From Eledone cirrhosa (taxonomy: Eukaryota): a stretch of DNA of 64,000 nt. Both the position numbers and the translations under genes were made by a program. The notes beneath the pieces are model-generated. The model was not told the origin of the DNA. It saw nothing but the letters and a program-made list of their open reading frames with translations, and searched no databases. The stretch covers positions 31,310,001-31,374,000 of the forward strand of contig OZ024753.1 in the NCBI GenBank assembly GCA_964016885.1. The letters are read 5' to 3'. This document shows, one piece after another, positions 56,275 to 64,000 of this stretch. How positions within the stretch are numbered: the stretch's first letter is position 1; each line of letters begins with the position of its first letter.

Positions 56275-57022
56275 CACACACATACCCATTTCATTTTCTA
56301 AACACATACAAACACATACAAACACAAACACAAACACACAAACACACAAACACACAGATACCTATGATTGTTATACTAGCTGGTACATTGAAGTGTAGAT
56401 GATGATGATGTGATGTGGTGTTGTATGTAAATTGTATTACTCAAATTCATTTCAGGTCGTGTTTTATTATTATTATTATTATTATTTTGGTTCTCTTGTT
56501 TTCATGTGTTTGTGTTTATGTGTGTGTTTATGTGTGTGTGTGTGTGCGCGATCGTATTTCCCAGTCAGTTAGATGTCAGCAGGCTAAAAATACAGCTTCA
56601 TGGATACGAGAGCATGTTTGCACATACACAGAAATCCGAGTCTGTGCATAGAAAAATATATATATACTTATATGACTGAATATAGGTGTTAGTTTTAGAA
56701 AAAAAAAAAAAAAGATTATATACACTTTTACATACATGATCATAAAATTTACTTATATACGTGCAAATATCAAGTAGATACAGACACGGACGCAAACGCC
56801 GGGCGGCGTACACATAGGCATACATACTTATATAGTTTGGCATGCCTGTTCATTTTAGTCATTATTAATCAATATTTAAACGTGTAAATAAATCCATTCT
56901 TTCACCTATGTGTATTATTGTGTGTAAGATATCAACCCCCACAAACACACACTCACATCAGCACTGATGTACACACAGACGTAGATTTACACCTTTTCAT
57001 CTTTCCTTCTCTCACTCTCTCT

Positions 57023-57107
<85 letters not shown>

Positions 57108-57703
57108 GATTAAGATATATATTTCGATTCTTTTAAATAGTTATACAACGAAAAAGTTAATTTTACAACCACATTAACTTGTACTCGCATAAATAGATAC
57201 ACCCACATGCACGCGTGCTAAAGATTGAGTGAGATAGAACTAACATCAACACTATATATATTTATGTACGTAAATTACATACATACCTATATACTACCAG
57301 TCTACTATATACATGTATAAGTTTATATATGCGTGTATATAGATACATGTGAATTTGTGTGCATACTTCACTGATTTCCCTTCCCCTCCCACAAGGAATT
57401 CTTCGCAATCGGCAACTGATTGTGATTACTTCATATTTTTTATAGATTTCTGGATAATGAGTACCCAGCGGAGAGGACTATCTGTGTATGATTTTGCCAA
57501 AATTAAGAAGTGAAAAAAAAAAACGCAACAAATATATTTACAAAAAAATAAGCAAACATTAAAAACACACACACACACACACAGAAAAGCCACAATAAGG
57601 AAAGACAAAGTCACTTATATATTGTTGCTAATGTTGTTGATATCTATCTAAACCGGAAATGATAATTTTATTCCAGAAAAGGAAACGTAATATTTATTTA
57701 ATT

Positions 57704-58505
57704 ATGAAACATTTTTGTTTATTTTTTTTAACTATATTTCAAACACATTGTTTCTTAAACGGATTAGAGGATAATATTCATAATTATAACAATAACACTA
57801 ATAATAACAACAACAATAACAATAACAGTCTTAACCTTAATGCTAACAAAGACAAAAACAACAACAACAACAGCAACAATAATAACAACAAGACGTTGGA
57901 GAAAGTTGTGAGAATATCGGTGATTCTACCAGAAGATAACTTGTACCCATTTTCTATCTCGAGGACGCGCCCAGCACTGGAATATGCTGTTGAATCAGTC
58001 AAATACCAACATAATCTTCTACCAGGCTATGAGATTCAACTCTACTACAATGATTCCCAATGTTCTGACAGCTTTGCCCCTTTGGCTGCCATTGACATGC
58101 GTAAGTTGGCCCATGTATTTATCGGACCCGTCTGTGAGTACAGTATTGCTCCAATTGCCAGATTTACCCCTTACTGGGGAATCCCCTTGCTGAGTGCCGG
58201 GGCAATGGTAAATGCTTTTAGAAACAAAACAACCTACAGGCTGTTAACGCGGGTTCAGGGAACCTTTTATAAAACCGGTGAGTTTTTCTTGAGAATGACT
58301 CTCCATTTTAACTGGACGAAAATTGCTTTGATGTACGAGCAGTATGATGACGATTCCAAAGGGATGTCTCGTTGCTTTTTCACTTTAGAAGGTATATTTA
58401 AAAACTGGGATTCTTTCTATAACACAGAACTATGGAATATACGATTTTATGACACTACTCATGATTTCACCGATTATCTTTTAAAGGCGTCACTGGAGGC
58501 TAGAA
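57704..58505 (+). CDS. First coding exon of a natriuretic peptide receptor / receptor guanylyl cyclase-like gene (ANF-receptor ligand-binding domain)
   Basis: Signal-peptide-like MKHFCLFFLTIFQTHC; VILP..YPFS..R.RPA.E.A; DSQCS...APLAAID; FIGPVCEYSIAPIARF..YWGIPLLSAGA; Y..LTRV; HFNW; CFFTLEGI; ends SLEAR with donor A|GTAAGT at 58505/58506. An upstream in-frame ATG at 57659 is the alternative start. Confidence 0.9.
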
Positions 58506-58671
58506 GTAAGTATATCCAAAGATTTTATTTCCTATAATTCAAATATTGAGTCACTGGCAGACATTTTTACTGTTTCATATGTTTCGAAAGTAAAACAAAT
58601 AACTCTACTGAAACCAACATGAAAGAAATATACTTAATTAAAAATTATCTCTAAAAAAAATCATGAAAGTA

Positions 58672-58818
58672 CGTGGCCTAGTGGTTAGGTAGTCGAAATC
58701 ACTATCGTAGGCTCCTTGGTTTGATTCCCTGATCAGGCGGCACGATGTGACCTTGATTAAGACACTTCATTTCACATTGCTTCAGTTTACTCAACCGATA
58801 AAACAAAATGAGTACCAG
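58672..58818 (+). mobile_element. Second tRNA-derived SINE family, diverged
   Basis: A box TGGCCTAGTGG, B box GGTTTGATTCC, then TGTGACCTTG..AAGACACTTCATTTCAC. Confidence 0.7.
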
Positions 58819-58929
58819 TAATATCTAAAGTTTAACAATTATTATTAGGCAAATTTGTAGTAAAATGAAAGACGCGGGGTGGAGGCGAGTAAACCTCAAT
58901 AATTTGTTGTCATTATGTAATCCCAAATT

Positions 58930-59052
58930 GCCATTCTGAGTTCAAATCCCGCCGAGGTTAACTTTGGCTTTCATCCTTACGGGGGTCGATAAAATAAAGT
59001 ACCAGTAATGCACTGGGTAATTGCTGGCCTTGTGCCAAAAGTAGAAACAATT
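58930..59052 (+). mobile_element. 5'-truncated SINE with TSD GTAATCCCAAATT
   Basis: SINE consensus; 13-bp direct repeat on both flanks. Confidence 0.85.
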
Positions 59053-59174
59053 ACGTAATCCCAAATTTACTGTGATCCTACTTCTCTTACCAGAACCCTC
59101 ACAAGTACTTAGTCGAATGCGATACAAGCTACAAACCAAAGCACCTGTTTAGTTAGTGTTGTCAACTTCACTGT

Positions 59175-59515
59175 CTATGTTGTTGTTGTTATTGCTGTTA
59201 CTGTTGTCATCTTACTTTCAAAGATATTGCTGTTATTGTTGTTGTTGCCGTTATCCCTATTCTTATAGTTGTTGATCTTATTGTTGTTATTGTCGTTATT
59301 ACTGTTTTTGGTCTTATTGTTAGTGCTGTTGCTTATGCTGTCAACGTTATTGTTGCTACTGTTATTGGTGTTGTTATTATTATTGTTGTTGTTGCAGTTG
59401 TTTTTATTACTGTTGATGCTGATGTTATTAATGTTTCTGCTGTTGTTAGTGTTGTTGTTATTGTTGTTGTTATTGTTGTTGCTGTTTTTGTTGTTATAGA
59501 TGTTGTGTTGTTGAA
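59175..59515. repeat. Degenerate (TTG)n trinucleotide tract
   Basis: Direct reading. Confidence 0.88.
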
Positions 59516-60042
59516 GTAGGTAGCACTATATTTTCAGGAAAATTTGATATTGTAATACTAAGTTAACTTAGATTACTTTAACAGTTGGCTTGGGTGCATT
59601 TATTGTTGTTGTTCTTAGTGCTGGTGGTGCTGGTGGTGCTGAGAGTTCTTGTAGCGTTAGGGTATGGGTACAGGTCCTAATCTAAAAATAGACAAAACCA
59701 CCACCTCTACTACTACTACTACTACTACTACTACTAATAATAATAATAATAATAATAATTGTTTCTACTTTAGGCACAAGGCCAGCAATTACCCAGTGCA
59801 TTACTGGTACTTTAATAATAATAATGATACTATTTCTGTTGTTGCTTCTGCTGTTCCACCAAAATATTTGTCAAGTTTTACTGCAATAATAATTCACCTC
59901 AGTTTTGGCAACAGTTGATAAATTCACAAGGAATAACACGATCATCCTGTCAACCACACGCATCAACCCCACTCACCACGACCCCCAATCTCTATAATTG
60001 ATAGCACCATCCTTACATTAAACTAATAAAAACAATAAGAAA

Positions 60043-60965
60043 GGTTTCTCATTTTGGCACCAGGTCAAAAATTTGAGTGAATGGGAAAGTCGATTATATC
60101 AACCCCACTTCTTGATTAGTACTTAATTTTATAGACATCGGAAGGATGGAAGTAAAAACTTGATCTCGGTGAGATTTGAAAGCAGATCGTAGAGGGATGT
60201 AACCAAATGCTGCAAACCATTTTGTCTGACGCTCTAATGATTCTGCTAATTCCCTAACTTAATAATGGTTTCATATTTAAACACAAGGTCAGCAATTTTG
60301 GGGTAGGGAATGTCGATTAAATCAATACCATTGCGTTACTGGTGCTTTATTTATCGAGCCTGTAAGTATGAAAGGCAAAGCTAAACCCGGCGGGATATGA
60401 ACTCAAAACGTAGAAAGTCGTAACTAAATACTCCAAACCCTTTTGCCCCACACTCTACTAATACTGCCACCGCCCACACTAACATAATAATAATATTAAT
60501 AATGGATTCTGATTTAGACACAAGGTCAACAATTTAGGGAGAGGGGTATTTCGATTAAAAATATCCCAATGCGTTACTGGTACTTTATTGATTCTGTATG
60601 GATTAAATCAAAGCTAATCTCATCGGTATTTGAACTCAGAATGTAACTGGAGCACGTTGCTCCAGGACACAAGTTGCCAACCGGTCCAAGATTAGAAACC
60701 ACGTCCTTGTGATCGCTAGTCCAACATTTGAACCAAGATATTTCATGTAAACAAACCCGAATCAAACAAAAACTTCAAGCATTCTTTAGAAGAATTAATG
60801 TTTTAAGCATTAATCAATTGTTATTGATGGGTGGCGAATTGGCAGAATCGTTAGAACGTCAGATAGAATGCTCTTTGTTCTTTGAGTTCAAATCTCATCG
60901 AGGTCAACTTTGCCTTTCAACCATTCGAGGTCGATAAAAAAAGTATCACTCTAGTACTGGGGTCT
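60043..60965. mobile_element. Cluster of old, diverged SINE copies (mostly minus strand; plus-strand copy at about 60830-60965)
   Basis: Degenerate matches to the SINE consensus blocks. Confidence 0.65.
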
Positions 60966-62062
60966 TTCTTCTTCTATATTTCTTTCTCACTTCCATTGTC
61001 TCACTCTCTATTCTTCTCTGAAAGAAATTTGAAAGGTTGAAAAATGGCCAATAGACGCTGTTTGTCAACAAGGGACTCCAACGACTCCCTCAAAATTTAC
61101 GGGTCCATAATACAATACAGTTTGGTTAGAAACAATTCTTGTGAGCGTGTGGACATGATTTCGATCTCCAGTACTATATAATATTTTATCACCTGAAAGC
61201 AAGCACAAGCTTCTGTCCTCTGGAGCATTTTAAGTCTATATTAATCTGATATAAAATTATATTATTCTTCACATAAAATATTGGTGAGCTTTAGTTGTAT
61301 TTAGAGTAGCTTGAAAATTGATGTATGAATAATAGAAAAACATGAATACATAAGTTTATTAACCACAGAAAGCCGAAAAGAATTGGTCTCGGTGCTATTT
61401 GAAGTTGTAGTTACCCAGTAATATCTTCATAGAATAGATTAAAATGGAATGTATCTCCATCTGTTTTGACAAGGAGAGCTCCAGTTGTTTGATCAAGTAT
61501 AACAGAATGCATCGTAAAATAAACTTCCATGTAGCTGAGTATACCACAGTCTCTTGTAAATTTAATGCAATTCTCAAGGGAATTCGGCATGACGCATTAT
61601 TTGACAAGGCTGGCTCATTAAAGTATAGTTATGGTCGAACCTACGGGCTTCCAAATTGTTTCCGCCTACCAAATTTCATTCAAAATGCTTGAATCGACAC
61701 AATAGAGTTACATTATAATTTTTGAAATTCCAGTGATTGGTTACACAGGTTGTAAGCCGGATCCAGAGAAAAATGGTAATGTTCCGCCTTGGCAACAAAG
61801 ATTCTATATACGTTGAATTGCATTGAGGAGCTAATGATCTAATGTTTGGAGATATTGCCTATTCTCAGAGTCAGAGAGTGAGAAGAGAATGTAGGATTTT
61901 CTGCTTCTTCTTGATATGTTTATGGTAAGGTTACGTTACCTAATTAAGTTCTAATGTTTAATTTCCTAAAGGGCTATCTTACTCCAAAAGAAGGTCAGGT
62001 CATTGAAGAATTATATATATATATATATATCTTTACACGATCACATCTAGGTATACGCTTGA

Positions 62063-62092
<30 letters not shown>

Positions 62093-62098
<6 letters not shown>

Positions 62099-62214
62099 GA
62101 CGTAAAATAAGAAAATTATAGTAATTAATTAACTTACTTAAATTTCACTCCAAACCTATATCTTTGCTAGCGTAAGTATACATCTGTATAAATATGTTGG
62201 TAGATATACTAATT

Positions 62215-62217
<3 letters not shown>
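62093..62217. mobile_element. Short derivative of the 5145-5680 element
   Basis: ATGAAAGACGTAAAATAAGAAAATT..TTTCACTCCAA matches the arm; TTTGCTAGC..CATCTGTA..ATATGTTGGTAGAT.TACTAATTCT is the reverse complement of 5145-5208. Confidence 0.75.
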
Positions 62218-62265
<48 letters not shown>

Positions 62266-62555
62266 GATGCCAAAATCTCAATTTAGGGGAATGCAAGTCA
62301 GACTAACTTAACTCGTGACAGAGCGATATTGGTTGTTCCAATAATTTGGAACAATCGATATTGGTTTTTTGTTCCAGAAACCATGGTATGGAGAAGAATA
62401 TATGAGTTAGACTTACTTATTTTAGTCAGTCTGTTTTATACTCCTCTAAATTGAGATTTTGGAATGATATTTTTTATGTTTATTTTATATATTAATTGAG
62501 ATATCAAAGTATTAGAGACAAATAATTTGTAATTATATATATATATAATAATTTG

Positions 62556-62599
<44 letters not shown>

Positions 62600-62753
62600 C
62601 AACCCGCTTAGGGTGAAAGCAATTATTTATTACTTAAACTTTTAGTCCATGCTAATAATAAATATTTGCTCTACAGGTTTATATATACTTACATAAATAT
62701 ACAATGCTTACCAAGTGCTTTTCGGATCTTCGTCTTTGTATTTAGTATCACTA

Positions 62754-62794
<41 letters not shown>

Positions 62795-63307
62795 TAACAT
62801 AGAATTGTTTGTACACGGGACACAAAGCAAGCAGTTTGAAGGAAAGGGGGAAATCGACTAAATTGAATCCAGTTCATTACTGGTATTAATGATTTAGCGA
62901 GCACTAACATATATGCCACACCGTTATTTCTACAACTCATCTATCTATCTATCTATCTATAGTCACACACATAAAAAGTGACTGCATTAAACTTTCATAA
63001 TTTTTATAAAGGATTTCTCATAATTCTGTATTAGTTCTTTGTTTGGCTTCAAACAATACGTTTCCTAAATCCATAAGTTACAGCTCATCTTCCAGAAGCG
63101 AGATTGCATTTCATAAGATATTTCCCGGGCGTTTTAATCCAAAAGTCTATATGTGTCAATATTCATATATATATATATATATATACATATATACATACAT
63201 TACGGAACACTCACACGCACACACACGTTCTTCATTAGCTAAAAGGTGACTAGTGTTCGGTATTTCTGCAAGTTTATATGCGTATATATATATATATATA
63301 TATATAC

Positions 63308-63521
63308 GCATTGCTTTATATCTGGAGATCTCTCTGCACTGTCGTCACATGGTACCATGGGCCCAGCACTATGTGTCAATAATTGTCACAAGTGTAGTGT
63401 TTGTACCAGAGTTTTCAAGTCGCTGGCCGGACGAAAAAGTCACACTCGTTCAGCGCATCGGTAGGGGTTCTCCTACATGGATATAAAGTAGTGGCCGTAC
63501 TCGAAAACGAGTTGGCAGCCA

Positions 63522-63523
<2 letters not shown>
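63308..63523 (+). mobile_element. RTE-derived element 3' fragment, copy 4
   Basis: Matches about 16851-17067. Confidence 0.8.
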
Positions 63524-63555
<32 letters not shown>

Positions 63556-63810
63556 TGTATGCTATGCATAAAAATAGCCAAACATATCTGAATGAGGAAT
63601 TATATAAAGAATAGTAAACATTATATTTTTCTCACTAAAAAATGTGGCTGTGTCTTCATATAGAATAGATCTGAAAATATTAAACCACCTACAAACTGGC
63701 TTAGCACTTGTATAACTCAGATAATCTCTGAGCGTCATGTAACTCAAATATTTTGTAACCTACCTCCTTTTTTGTGACACTCACGGCGGAAGGTTATTTC
63801 TTTACTGAAT

Positions 63811-63924
63811 GAGTTCAAATCCCGCCGAGGTTAACTTTGCCTTTCATCCTTACGGGGTCGATAAAATAAAGTACCAGTAATGTACTGGGTAATTGCTGGC
63901 CTTGTGCCAAAAATGTAGAAACAG
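63811..63924 (+). mobile_element. 5'-truncated SINE with TSD TTATTTCTTTACT(G/C)AAT
   Basis: SINE consensus; direct repeat on both flanks. Confidence 0.85.
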
Positions 63925-64000
63925 TTATTTCTTTACTCAATGTTAATTCATGCATAAAACTTTAGTTCTCCAGGTCATAACACTGCCTATTTCTTCCACT

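Noticed and set aside
59269-59499. Poly-Leu, membrane-like ORF
   Set aside because: (TTG)n microsatellite translation

Overview
Eukaryotic, very AT-rich, repeat-dominated window. The (TA)n/(TATG)n oceans and the tRNA-derived SINE family suggest a cephalopod, probably an octopus; this is inference, not verified. Nearly all long Y/I/M/C/H/V-rich ORFs in the track are microsatellite translation artefacts. Real coding content: (1) one host exon (57704-58505, +) encoding the signal peptide and ANF-receptor-type ligand-binding domain of a natriuretic-peptide receptor or receptor guanylyl cyclase; (2) two 5'-truncated Penelope-like retroelements (PLEs, RT C-terminus plus GIY-YIG) and a decayed third; (3) CR1-type and RTE-type LINE 3' fragments. 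The most striking unannotated signal is RNA-structural. Islands of 100-600 bp in the TA microsatellite carry about 11 type I hammerhead ribozyme (HHR) motifs, 6 with a canonical core, from several unrelated families. These include one with a 78-nt structured insertion in stem II, core variants (U4C, an extra base after A9), and a multi-copy family folded back on stem II into a palindrome that lacks the CUGANGA box. Many islands share one asymmetric inverted-repeat layout (short arm ending in TA, long arm with a tail). All folds were read by eye and none has been tested.
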